Position numbers and translations under genes: made by a program
Part shown: one piece after another, positions 38,931 through 48,688 of the stretch
Layout: the number at the start of each line of letters is the position of its first letter
How positions within the stretch are numbered: the first letter of the stretch is position 1
The notes under the pieces: generated by a model
The model's database searches: none
What the model was told of the DNA's origin: nothing
The model's input: only the letters and a program-made list of their open reading frames with translations
Assembly: GCA_913009835.1 (NCBI GenBank)
Contig: CAJVXH010000001.1
Span: 1,992 to 65,991, forward strand
Direction: 5' to 3'
DNA length: 64,000 nt
Origin: an uncultured bacterium
GTDB lineage: Bacteria > Electryoneota > Electryoneia > Electryoneales > Electryoneaceae

Positions 38931-41813
38931 CTATGAATCCAATTCAAGTGTTAACTCGTCTTCACCTGAGGATTTTCTTTTCGATGTGAGCTTCTCCAGT
39001 TCGGGCCAAGCTATAACAAGACCGTTGTATGCACGTGCTTCCTCTGCCCAACCTTTACGCTCACATATCTGGTACAAACGGTAGGCGAGATCGCGTGCTT
39101 GATTCGCGGTTGATCCAAGTCGAGTTAGTAAATCAGCTGCAGCGGTTTCGCCATGCTCGGTTTGACGCTTTATCAAGTGCTGGGTGGCTTCCCAAACAGT
39201 TAGCCTTGTATCTTTTGCAGGGTCCCAGCCATCGGGTAGTTCACTTCTTTTCAGCAGCCGCACTTTGCCTGCCATTGCTTGAATTACACCGGCTTCAACA
39301 ATGCCTTGCACAGATACGTTGCGTGCGTTTGCAAGAACTTCCGCTTCACCATAAGCATCCGACTCGTATTTGTGGTTTTCAAACCAAGTGGTTGCAAAGC
39401 GAGTATCTGAGTCAAAAGCACCTTCTCGTTCAGACAGATAATCATCAAGAACTTCGTTTATTAGCTGCAATGCAGTTCGCACTGTCATAGTGGAATCGTC
39501 TGCTTCAAGGATTTTGCTATATCTGGTGAAGATCGACATTCCCGGACCAATAGAGGATTGAGCCAAATCTACAGGTGCGATGTTGCCAACCTGCAATTGG
39601 GTAATAGCTTTCGGAAGTTCAATCTTTAACGTGGAGACAAAATCACGTCGAGTAACCGTTTGGGAATCAAGTTTTTGTTTACGACATACTAGTACAATGC
39701 TGGAAGCAAGCGCATTGGTGCCAGCACTAATCATTCTGTTTTTTAATTCTGTTCTCATAGGCCATGTGCCACAGATCGAAAATCCCGCTTGTATTACTGC
39801 TTCAAGAAATGTTTCCCACCCTGTGCTAGCAGTTCCTGAATTACCCTTTCTTTCAGATTGTTTAAACGCATAGTAAATTGTAACCGGGTAAGCCATCTGA
39901 GCTTGATCAGCTAGACGATGCATTGCTTGAGTCATACCATCAAGGAAAAATTCTTCTGCCGGACCCTTACCACCATGTCTGTAAGCTGCGGCTACTAATT
40001 CCTCATTCTTTGGCACAGCAAGCGTTGCGAGAAGCTCAGGATAAATTGGTTTCAGCGACACCCTTAACCATACATAGAAAAAGTCCGAAAGGTCTGCATA
40101 TCCAATATTATCATAGTATGGTGGGTCCGTGGATACTACTTTGTTCCTACTCTTACTCTGAGTTTGTGCATCAGCTTGAAATGCTCTATTATCACCTTGT
40201 GATGGCGAGGTAACCAAAAACCGGCATATTTGAGCACACGCGTTGATTATACTCCCTGTTGATCCTGAAAAAGGATTGGATTCTGCATAATCCCATGTCA
40301 TTGGAATTGCCTGTCTACCAAACGTATTTCTAATACTATCTCTCGTATTATCCCACGTACATATCGTAGAATTTCTATCTGCAGTCTTATTAATGGCTAT
40401 TGCAAGGTAAGTGTTTACTGCATTAGAATATTCTGTCACACTATTAGTTTCATTATCTATTATATTATGAGAATCATTTGAATTATTTGCAACAGCATCC
40501 TTATGGATTCTCTCTTCTACTTGTCTTAATATATCCGAAAAGGTTGTCAATGCCACTAGTTGACGAGATGAAAAGAGGTTTTCCCACTTTGTAAGGCCAT
40601 ATGGCACGCACGTACCACCTGTAAGGCGTTTGGGAACATCTCCTTCTGGTAGCCAGTCTGGTTTTGCCTTATGGATTACCATTTCATGATTATGTAGCGG
40701 TGATAAATAGACTCGTCCTTTATCTCCCTTTGCGATTACAGCCATAAGTCGTGCATTTAAACCACCAGTTTTGCCCTCTTCCTTTAAATAGTCAGCGGAA
40801 ATTGGTGAACCTGAAATCAAACATTTAAAATTCGCACCTAACAATTTAGTTCCACTTCCCACTTCTTCTAGATTGTGTGGAACACCTTTCTTCACTACAA
40901 AACTATACCTATCGCCTTCAATTACTGGTTTGACGTATACTTCTTTACCCTTCTTGTTCGAGAGAATGAAGGTCGAAGCAAGAGGAACATACTGGTTGCA
41001 GTAAACTGGATTTGGGCTTTTAACGGTTCGAACCCAAATCCATGCGATTATTTCTAGTTCGCGATTTAGATATGGAAGCAGATCCGAACGATTTCTGGTA
41101 ATCTCCTCAGTTATACGTATCTTGGGGTAGAGATGACCAATCCGTTTCTCTGCTTCGTCGCGCATCCAATTCCCGTAATAACGAACATCTTCAGCAAGAC
41201 CCTCAGCACCTTTCCATTTTCTACCATATAAATCAGGGTTACTACTTGCCTCGGGATTAACAGGTGGCTGTCCGGCAAACTTGGGGGGTATCTCGATCAT
41301 CGCCTTGTTGATCAAGACGGCCACGGGATTTAGATCGCTCGCATACGATTCAAGACCGAGACGTTGCGCCTCAAGAGGTAGAGCACCACCACCAGCAAAG
41401 GGGTCATGGAAGGCTGGGAGCTTCTCTGGATTGAAGAGTTCTTCAGCTTGGGGATGGTCTCTGTTATCGTCACATGCAACTCGCCAGCTTTTCCAAATCT
41501 CTTTTCGTGCTTTCTCCAAAACAACTTCGTTTGTCGTATTTTCCCATTTGACCAAGTCCTCGATCAGATCGAACAACCGCTGACGTTCCTTGTCCTGCTC
41601 TTCCTTTGTTGGAAACTGCTCTGGAAGACTGGAAGGATCATCCACCATCTGGGAGAAGATCACCGCTCTCGCCGTAGCCAAGGGCCTTCTTGCCCACCAT
41701 AGATGTAGCGTACTCGGATGACCATGCCTGATAGATTTTTCTTTTGCAGATGCTTCATTTATCGCAACGAGTGGAAGCGCTACTTCGATCAACTTCTTTC
41801 TTGTTTTAATCAC
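38931..41813 (-). CDS. DUF1156-family N6-adenine DNA methyltransferase
   Basis: 960 aa with N-terminal DUF1156 signature LIEVALPLVAINEASAKEKSIRHGHPSTLHLWWARRPLATARAV, MTase motif I DPFAGGGALPLEAQRLG, and motif IV STDPPYYDNIGYADLSDFF. Confidence 0.85.
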   Translation of the reverse strand: MIKTRKKLIEVALPLVAINEASAKEKSIRHGHPSTLHLWWARRPLATARAVIFSQMVDDPSSLPEQFPTKEEQDKERQRLFDLIEDLVKWENTTNEVVLEKARKEIWKSWRVACDDNRDHPQAEELFNPEKLPAFHDPFAGGGALPLEAQRLGLESYASDLNPVAVLINKAMIEIPPKFAGQPPVNPEASSNPDLYGRKWKGAEGLAEDVRYYGNWMRDEAEKRIGHLYPKIRITEEITRNRSDLLPYLNRELEIIAWIWVRTVKSPNPVYCNQYVPLASTFILSNKKGKEVYVKPVIEGDRYSFVVKKGVPHNLEEVGSGTKLLGANFKCLISGSPISADYLKEEGKTGGLNARLMAVIAKGDKGRVYLSPLHNHEMVIHKAKPDWLPEGDVPKRLTGGTCVPYGLTKWENLFSSRQLVALTTFSDILRQVEERIHKDAVANNSNDSHNIIDNETNSVTEYSNAVNTYLAIAINKTADRNSTICTWDNTRDSIRNTFGRQAIPMTWDYAESNPFSGSTGSIINACAQICRFLVTSPSQGDNRAFQADAQTQSKSRNKVVSTDPPYYDNIGYADLSDFFYVWLRVSLKPIYPELLATLAVPKNEELVAAAYRHGGKGPAEEFFLDGMTQAMHRLADQAQMAYPVTIYYAFKQSERKGNSGTASTGWETFLEAVIQAGFSICGTWPMRTELKNRMISAGTNALASSIVLVCRKQKLDSQTVTRRDFVSTLKIELPKAITQLQVGNIAPVDLAQSSIGPGMSIFTRYSKILEADDSTMTVRTALQLINEVLDDYLSEREGAFDSDTRFATTWFENHKYESDAYGEAEVLANARNVSVQGIVEAGVIQAMAGKVRLLKRSELPDGWDPAKDTRLTVWEATQHLIKRQTEHGETAAADLLTRLGSTANQARDLAYRLYQICERKGWAEEARAYNGLVIAWPELEKLTSKRKSSGEDELTLELDS

Positions 41814-44800
41814 GACGGTTGACCTCCGTGGCGCATTAGGCTGCTAATGGGAAATGTGGAACTGGTCTGTTCAAAACCTGGCTGACCATAATCATAATTC
41901 TTCACATACACAGGATCATCAGCTTTACCATCGTTAATCCTTACAAATGCCAAATGGAATTTCTCTGGTTCATTCAAGGCACAGAGAATCTCAGTACGAG
42001 TTAATGACACCTGGTCAGCGTGAGCAGCTCGTCCTTTAACCTCAATAAATCGTAATTCACCAGTCTGAGGATGCTTTGACTCAATGTCGTAGCCTATACC
42101 ACGCTGAGTATGTACGTCCATGGTTTCACGACCAAGCGCATGTTCTGCAGCGAAAACAGCTTCCATAGCTAAGCGCTCGACAACATCCCTTCCCTCATTA
42201 CCATAGTCGTTCAATATGGCTGGTTGATCTCCCTTGAGTTTGTGAAACAGACCTGCTGGAATGATCAATGCTCCACCAGTAATGATTGGCGGTTTTGCTG
42301 TGATTTTTCTTTCACGATCAAGTTCAGCCAGTCGGGATTTTAACCGCTCTTCCAATCGGTTAGCCCGGTCGCGGGCTTTTTGAGCCGGTCCACTTGTTTG
42401 GTGGCCAGCTGCTTCTCTCGCTTTCAAATCTTCAGCGCGTCGATCCCAATAGTTGATTTCTCGTTTCAATCGAGCTTGGACTTCTTGTTCCACTTTATCA
42501 ATCAATGGAAGTCGCTGGTCCTTAACCGCTTCAACATGTTTGGGTACTACCTCGGAAATAGCATATGACTTGACCTTTTCCTCCCAATTCTGCTTAAGCC
42601 AATCTCCATCTAATACAGGTTTCAGCAGTTCCAATTCATCTTCTTGCAACGCTTGATAATCAAGGTACGGAGCAACACCGCCATCCTGTATCGGACCATC
42701 TTCAGTAACCTCGACGAACTGCATCTGTGTAGAAATTTCAAGTTGCTTCTTGTTACGGGTCTGTCGTCCATCATGAACCGTATGCTGCAAGTAGAAGAGT
42801 AAACGTGGTTCCAAGCCTGGGTCACTCTCATCGATGAGAACAGCTCCACGCTTCATGACTTCACGGTATTTTTCGAGTATCAAATCGATGGTAGCATCCA
42901 GCAGGGGTGTCCCCGGGCAGATCAGGTATGCCCGTGGTTGAGCATCCACCTTTGATTTTTCAAAGCATACCCGTTCATATCTAGAAAGGACAGGTGCACC
43001 TACACCGATCTGGCGATCTCGATCACGAATCTCTTTTGGAACATGAGTAATTTCGAAGCGTTCCTTCTCGCGAGGTTTGATTCGCCCACCTAGTTTCCTG
43101 AATGACTGCATGAAGAATGCCTGGATATAGTTTGGCTGTAATCGTCGAGCATGGGCGCGTTCCATCTCTTCACGGATTGTTTCTATTTGTGATGTGTCCA
43201 TAGAATCTCGAACCAGCGACCGTTTCTCCAGCAACTGACGTAAATGATCACGGTCTACTGCGTTATCAAGAACTTGATCGAGACGTGCTTTGATTTCTGG
43301 ATCGTTACCATATCGAATTGCTTCCATGAGCAACTCGCGCAAAGGTCGTTGATCGAACAATTGTCCAAGCACATCAAAAACCTTACCACCCAGTGCCTCA
43401 CGTTCAATCTCAAGTTTTTTCAAAAGCTTGTAATAGACATCACCCTCACGTGTGTCTTTGGCAAGCAAATTCCATAGGTGACAAACCTCGTTCTGGCCGA
43501 TACGATGGATACGACCAAAGCGTTGTTCCAATCGATTCGGATTCCAAGGCAGATCATAATTCACCATCAGGTGTGCACGCTGAAGGTTCACACCTTCACC
43601 AGCGGCATCGTTCGCAACAAGGATAAGAACATCCGGGTCATTCATGAAAGCATTGACGATTTTTCGCCGATCTTCCCGCTTTACACCTCCATGGATTTCA
43701 ACCACACTCTCATTCTTGCCAAGGAACACTCGAATAAGGGTGGCCAGAGAAAAGAGAGTATCTTTAAATTCCGTAAAGATGACAAGCTTCCGACGGTTAC
43801 CATCGTCATCTTTCATCAATGGATGATCGAGGATAGATTTTAATTCACTCCATTTCGCGTCAGTTTTTGCATTGCGCACAGTTTCTGCAAGCTTCACAAG
43901 TTCTTTCAGCCGCTCGATCTCTTTTTCGAGTTCCTCGATTGTCTGAGCGGCTGTCGAGCGATCCATGAAAGTCTGTTCCATCTCTTCCCGCTCATCCTGC
44001 GGAGCCTCTTCGTACATCTCCTCCCACTCTTCTTCACTCATATCAGGTTCAACTTGCTCAGCTAGCTTCGCACCGCGATACTCGAGACGTTCAGAGCGAA
44101 GACGGGATTCGAGACGATCACGACGCCTTACGAGTGATTGGTAAATGGCCTCTGGCGAGGAGGCAAGCCGACGTTGAAGTGTCAGCAAGGCAAACGTGAC
44201 ATTAATTCGCTTCTTCTTTTCAATTCCTTCAACAAATCTATCTGCCCGGTTCATCTCATCTCGGACATAGTCCGTGACAGCCTTGTATAGCCAGGCTTCT
44301 GGATCACTTAGCTCATATTGAACAGTGTAAGATTTCCTTTCAGGAAACAACGGTCGACCATCAAACCTTAGTAGATCCTCCTTCACAAGACGTCGCATTA
44401 AATCAGATGGATCTGTTACATGGACTCCATCCCGAAATCGACCTTCATACCGATCTCCATCCAGCAAGGCCAAGAATAGTTGGAAGTCTTCTTCAACCCC
44501 GTTGTGAGGTGTGGCTGTCATAAGCAGGAAGTTTCGGCACAAGTGAGATAATTTGTCACCAAGCTTGCGGCGCTTCGTATGACGTACTTCCCCACCGGTA
44601 AAATGAGCACTCATTTTGTGGGCTTCATCCACTACAACTAAGTCCCATTCAGGTGATACTTGCAGCTTCTCCTGCAGCTCATCATTTCGACTTAACTGAT
44701 CCATTCGTGCGATCAATAGGTTCCGCTTGTCGAATGGGTTACCATCCCTGGCCGATTCAATCATGTCATGCGTCAGAGGTTCAAACTCCAGACCAAATTT

Positions 44801-45319
44801 TTCTGCCAGCTCGTCTTGCCATTGATCTGTCAAACTTCCAGGGGCTATGATCAAACACCTTTCCAGATCACCTCGAACAATCAATTCTCGAATTAAAAGC
44901 CCAGCCATGATCGTCTTACCAGCACCAGGATCATCAGCCAGCAAGAATCGCATTGGTTGGCGAGGGAGCATTTCTTCATAGACTGCACTGATCTGGTGCG
45001 GTAGCGGTTCGATGAGCGATGTTGTGATTGCTAAGTAGGGATCAAACAACCATGCGAGGCTGATGCGATATGCTTCAGAAACAAGTCGGAGCAATTGTCC
45101 GTCTGCATCAAAAGACCAGGGTCGGCCCATTTCTACCAGATCGAGGGAATCTTCGTCGCTACGATAAACAAGTCTGTTTGCAATCTCCCCTGAACTATCC
45201 TCATATATCACATCTACTACCGAAGTTCCATGCCACGAGACGCTCTTTATGACGACAATTCCATCAGCTGAAAGACCGCGAACATATGCGCCTGTCTGAA
45301 GCTTCTCTAACACCAGCAT
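41810..45319 (-). CDS. SNF2-like superfamily-2 helicase with C-terminal DUF3883 domain
   Basis: 1169 aa with motif I LLADDPGAGKTIMAG, motif II VVVDEAHKM, helicase C-domain motifs, and C-terminal GIGYDIESKHPQTGELRFIEVKGRAAH...LTRTEI (DUF3883-like). Confidence 0.8.
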   Translation of the reverse strand: MLVLEKLQTGAYVRGLSADGIVVIKSVSWHGTSVVDVIYEDSSGEIANRLVYRSDEDSLDLVEMGRPWSFDADGQLLRLVSEAYRISLAWLFDPYLAITTSLIEPLPHQISAVYEEMLPRQPMRFLLADDPGAGKTIMAGLLIRELIVRGDLERCLIIAPGSLTDQWQDELAEKFGLEFEPLTHDMIESARDGNPFDKRNLLIARMDQLSRNDELQEKLQVSPEWDLVVVDEAHKMSAHFTGGEVRHTKRRKLGDKLSHLCRNFLLMTATPHNGVEEDFQLFLALLDGDRYEGRFRDGVHVTDPSDLMRRLVKEDLLRFDGRPLFPERKSYTVQYELSDPEAWLYKAVTDYVRDEMNRADRFVEGIEKKKRINVTFALLTLQRRLASSPEAIYQSLVRRRDRLESRLRSERLEYRGAKLAEQVEPDMSEEEWEEMYEEAPQDEREEMEQTFMDRSTAAQTIEELEKEIERLKELVKLAETVRNAKTDAKWSELKSILDHPLMKDDDGNRRKLVIFTEFKDTLFSLATLIRVFLGKNESVVEIHGGVKREDRRKIVNAFMNDPDVLILVANDAAGEGVNLQRAHLMVNYDLPWNPNRLEQRFGRIHRIGQNEVCHLWNLLAKDTREGDVYYKLLKKLEIEREALGGKVFDVLGQLFDQRPLRELLMEAIRYGNDPEIKARLDQVLDNAVDRDHLRQLLEKRSLVRDSMDTSQIETIREEMERAHARRLQPNYIQAFFMQSFRKLGGRIKPREKERFEITHVPKEIRDRDRQIGVGAPVLSRYERVCFEKSKVDAQPRAYLICPGTPLLDATIDLILEKYREVMKRGAVLIDESDPGLEPRLLFYLQHTVHDGRQTRNKKQLEISTQMQFVEVTEDGPIQDGGVAPYLDYQALQEDELELLKPVLDGDWLKQNWEEKVKSYAISEVVPKHVEAVKDQRLPLIDKVEQEVQARLKREINYWDRRAEDLKAREAAGHQTSGPAQKARDRANRLEERLKSRLAELDRERKITAKPPIITGGALIIPAGLFHKLKGDQPAILNDYGNEGRDVVERLAMEAVFAAEHALGRETMDVHTQRGIGYDIESKHPQTGELRFIEVKGRAAHADQVSLTRTEILCALNEPEKFHLAFVRINDGKADDPVYVKNYDYGQPGFEQTSSTFPISSLMRHGGQPS

Positions 45320-45536
45320 CGTTTTGATCCCCTTCTAGGATTTCTCGAAGCATGTTCTTTGTTTTCGATTGTCATTCACCAAATTCTTATCCACTCGTCT
45401 CTTCGATCCTTTCAGATTTCCAAAAGTAACTGAGTCCAAGAATAAAGGCTGACCTAGCAGTCCAAGACGATGTTCGAAATCATATAGAACATAGATGTAC
45501 TTCGATTAGCAAAGAGATCTACGTCAGGAACAAACT

Positions 45537-46478
45537 CTAGTATGCCGTTATCCCATATTTGAGTAGCAGCTTTGGCAAAACATCATCAAGATTTTGGACG
45601 TGTTTATCTTCAAGCTGGATCAAATTAAAGCCATATTTCTCATATAGTGCGATTTTTGCCTTTTTCCTGGCTAAGTACTTTTGATCATTATCGTATCCCC
45701 AATACTCGATATACACCTTTTTTGTGGGAAGGTAGAAATCACAGTATGCATCTTCCTCAATCGGTAATTTTCGTTCATATGCGTGCACAATCTCTGCCAT
45801 GTACAAGTAGTTATCAATCAGCATTTCCGCCTTGGATCGAACAAAGTGGCCATCGGTTGCTCTGTGCTTCGCTTCATATTTGTGCCTGAAATCCGTCTCC
45901 TTGGATTCTGAACTCGACTTGATATCCTCTTCATTTGTGTCGCCATAGCCTGAAACACTGTTCATCGTTTGAATTAGAACCTTGGAGCTCGTGATTGACT
46001 CAGGCCATCTCACGTATGGAATGCCTGAGTTTCGATCCTCAGCCTGTACTGCACCCAACCTTAAGCCCTGTGCGGTGGCAATCCAACCCTTAACATCTTT
46101 CTTTAACCACCCTAGCTCAGACAAAATGAAATTAGTCTTGTTCGCGGAAATACTGAAACGTTTGCCAATTGCTGTGGCCGTTATTGTCTGGTTGCTGCTC
46201 TGATCACTGAATTTCAAGTTGGATGGCCAGACAATAAATCTTCCGTATTCCTTACTGTCGCGGTACTCACCCCCTGCAGAACTACCGATATCGGTTAGTT
46301 TCCAGGTTTTACCAGCTTTATGTATGTAATTCAACTTCATGAGTTTTGCAAATAGATCCTTCGTTGGAATGTCAAGCTGCTTCGCTAGAGCTGTCGTCGA
46401 TAGCTTCTTCATGTAGATGCACCTTGGTTTCTGGCTCAATACACAGTTCAAGGGAAGGGTTTCTAAAAACTTAACCAC
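45537..46478 (-). CDS. DUF559/Vsr-like endonuclease-fold protein with two N-terminal repeat modules
   Basis: 313 aa. C-terminus SKAEMLIDNYL...YCDFYLPTKKVYIEYWGYDNDQKYLARKKAKIALYEKYGFNLIQL fits the Vsr/DUF559 pattern E..L...D-lp..k--IEyDG. Two roughly 45-aa related segments lie upstream. Confidence 0.5.
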   Translation of the reverse strand: MVKFLETLPLNCVLSQKPRCIYMKKLSTTALAKQLDIPTKDLFAKLMKLNYIHKAGKTWKLTDIGSSAGGEYRDSKEYGRFIVWPSNLKFSDQSSNQTITATAIGKRFSISANKTNFILSELGWLKKDVKGWIATAQGLRLGAVQAEDRNSGIPYVRWPESITSSKVLIQTMNSVSGYGDTNEEDIKSSSESKETDFRHKYEAKHRATDGHFVRSKAEMLIDNYLYMAEIVHAYERKLPIEEDAYCDFYLPTKKVYIEYWGYDNDQKYLARKKAKIALYEKYGFNLIQLEDKHVQNLDDVLPKLLLKYGITAY

Positions 46479-46781
46479 TCATCACAGATCTGAAGATAAG
46501 ACGTTCGCTTGGCGGAACATAGAGCTCAGTTGATCCGATTTCTTCAAGTCTGGCTAATATCGAACAATCCTCTGATTCCGTTCAATACTCTTAACTTAGA
46601 TATCCCGTGGTTACTTTATGGCCAACACAATCCTTATTCTCGGGTGTTTTCTATAGTTCACTGGTGCACATTGAGGGTAACAACTGCTAACAAATCCCAA
46701 ACAACTGAATGCGTAGTTTCTTGAGGAAACGCCTTTTATTGCTGGTGTTAGTGATCCTCTAGTGTCGAAGATTATTTTTGA

Positions 46782-46794
46782 GGGGGGGGGAGGG
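46782..46794. repeat. Homopolymeric poly-G tract (G9-A-G3)
   Basis: ggggggggg a ggg in the intergenic region, about 300 bp upstream of the nuclease gene start and just downstream of the sugar cluster. Confidence 0.9.
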
Positions 46795-46847
46795 TTTGTC
46801 AGCTATTGGAAACTATATCGTACTAGAACTGATTATTAAATGACTAG

Positions 46848-47909
46848 TTAGATGTGTCCATAAAACAGTTCTCCAGCAGCTTGTGTTACCAATCTAGGGG
46901 TCCGCGGTACAAGCCAAAAGACAGCTTTTCTCAGTATCCTCCTAGTCCAAGCGCGTAAGCAAGGATCCGTCCCAGCGTAAATTTGCTGAAGCTGGATCTC
47001 CTCAGATCCCCAGCCCATCTTAAATTTACGCAATCCTTCGTTGATTGATCCCATACCAGTTCGCCCGAAGTCGAACGTTTCAAGTCCCATCGAACATCCG
47101 GTCTGCATCGCGTTCCAGAGCATCAGGTGATTTGGATGATACTTCCACAAATCTTTGTCTGACCCTGAATGCTTATAGCTCATTGTGCGATACGCTGTGA
47201 GTAAAACGCTCCCCGCCGCAAGCCGTCCACGATAATAAACTAGTTCAATAAAACCAGTTCGAGCTCCTTCTATCAAGCGAGTGTGAAGCTGCTCAAAATA
47301 GCGGCGTGGTGCGGGAACCGTGCCAAGTCGTTGGCGAGTCTCTATGTGCAGTCTATAATATTCCCTCATTGCTGCTGCATCAGTCCGATACTCAACTCGC
47401 AATTTCCGATTAGCTTGGGCTTTTTGAATGCGTCTCTGAACACTTTGCTTGTCGAATCTGGCGAAGACCTTGGCTTCGTCAGCCGAAAGGGAAGTGCGGT
47501 GCAAATAACCAGATGGTACGCAAGCTATGCCGGGCAGTGCCTGATAGCCTCCCCGAAGTTCTAACAAAGCAGGAGTCGCCAATTCCCGCGAGTTCAAGAT
47601 TCCTTTGAGCAGTACTGTGGAGTCTTGACGGCTCAAACATAGAGGTAGGCAATGGTCGCTGAACGGAAGCGAGACGACACGATTGCCGAAAACAGGATTT
47701 CTCAGTTCCAATATTGGAGCGACCGCGGAAAGAGCCCTTTGTCGCCAAACCGTGGCTAAAAATAGACGTCCACCATACACAGCACGGAGCAGTTCGCTCC
47801 AAACAGGATGGTGATAAATTGATGCTTCAGGGAAACCTGCTGCGAAACGGTTTAATTTCTCGGCCACGGCGGAGGTCCAGGGTAACAGATCGAACTCTGC
47901 GTCCATCAT
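46848..47909 (-). CDS. FemAB-like / GNAT-fold acyltransferase
   Basis: 353 aa. Overall resemblance to FemAB/BioF2-like acyl(amino)transferases; a weak call from its general pattern. Confidence 0.4.
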   Translation of the reverse strand: MMDAEFDLLPWTSAVAEKLNRFAAGFPEASIYHHPVWSELLRAVYGGRLFLATVWRQRALSAVAPILELRNPVFGNRVVSLPFSDHCLPLCLSRQDSTVLLKGILNSRELATPALLELRGGYQALPGIACVPSGYLHRTSLSADEAKVFARFDKQSVQRRIQKAQANRKLRVEYRTDAAAMREYYRLHIETRQRLGTVPAPRRYFEQLHTRLIEGARTGFIELVYYRGRLAAGSVLLTAYRTMSYKHSGSDKDLWKYHPNHLMLWNAMQTGCSMGLETFDFGRTGMGSINEGLRKFKMGWGSEEIQLQQIYAGTDPCLRAWTRRILRKAVFWLVPRTPRLVTQAAGELFYGHI

Positions 47910-47917
47910 TAAGTTCC

Positions 47918-48688
47918 TCAGTAGGCAATATGCGCAGGAAAAACTTGGAGCAGCTTGTCTGAGTCGATTTTATTGAACTTACGTGCATTCTTGGCATACC
48001 ATTTCCGCGCTTCGTCAAGCTCAGTCACTGTGAAACAACGGCCCTCTACACCGATACTTGAGAACCAGTCAAACCACTTGATCATCCCGCGCGTGTGCTT
48101 GTTCAGTATCCAAGCCCACGGCACTCCGTAAGCAAATGCAAGAATTGCGACATGCAAGGCTTCGGTGAACACAAAGTCTGTAGCCGAAATGTAGTCAATG
48201 ACTTGAAAGGGATCTTGGCGCGTAGTCACAATCTCAAGCCCATCTGAAAGAAGGGTAGGAGCGTTTTCATTCTCCCAATGGAGGAAATATCGGGACTTTT
48301 CCTGCGGAGCCTTTCTAGGGATATAGATCTTCGGCATGAGTACAGCCGGATCTCCTAAGGGAATGCCTTGAGGAAGCCCAAGTGCCACCCGTGTCACGTG
48401 TCCACGAACTGCGTAGACCGTCCAATCCATCCGGGTCCCAGGATTTGCCTTAGTGGCCGAATCCACATAACCTGGCTCGTAGCCCGTCCCCCAGATGTTC
48501 ATACGCCAATCGCCATAGTAACCAAGAAAACTGCCAAGTCCGCCAAGTACAGGTTTACCTATATGTTCAGGAGGTAATTCTTTGAAAACCGGGACGACCT
48601 CTAAGTCAAAGAGCTTCTCAGTGATTATCGGAGCCAATAAATCGCCCACATTAGGGATTCCGTTAACTATTTGAAGTATTTTAGTCAA
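47918..48688 (-). CDS. Hypothetical protein, possibly polysaccharide pyruvyl-transferase-like
   Basis: 256 aa with an N-terminal ILQIVNGIPNVGDLLAPII reminiscent of the PS pyruvyl transferase N-terminus. Weak. Confidence 0.3.
   Translation of the reverse strand: MTKILQIVNGIPNVGDLLAPIITEKLFDLEVVPVFKELPPEHIGKPVLGGLGSFLGYYGDWRMNIWGTGYEPGYVDSATKANPGTRMDWTVYAVRGHVTRVALGLPQGIPLGDPAVLMPKIYIPRKAPQEKSRYFLHWENENAPTLLSDGLEIVTTRQDPFQVIDYISATDFVFTEALHVAILAFAYGVPWAWILNKHTRGMIKWFDWFSSIGVEGRCFTVTELDEARKWYAKNARKFNKIDSDKLLQVFPAHIAY

Noticed and set aside
46509-46724. 71-aa ORF in the intergenic region near the poly-G tract
   Set aside because: No RBS and no motif. It lies in the likely promoter region of the nuclease gene and is probably non-coding.
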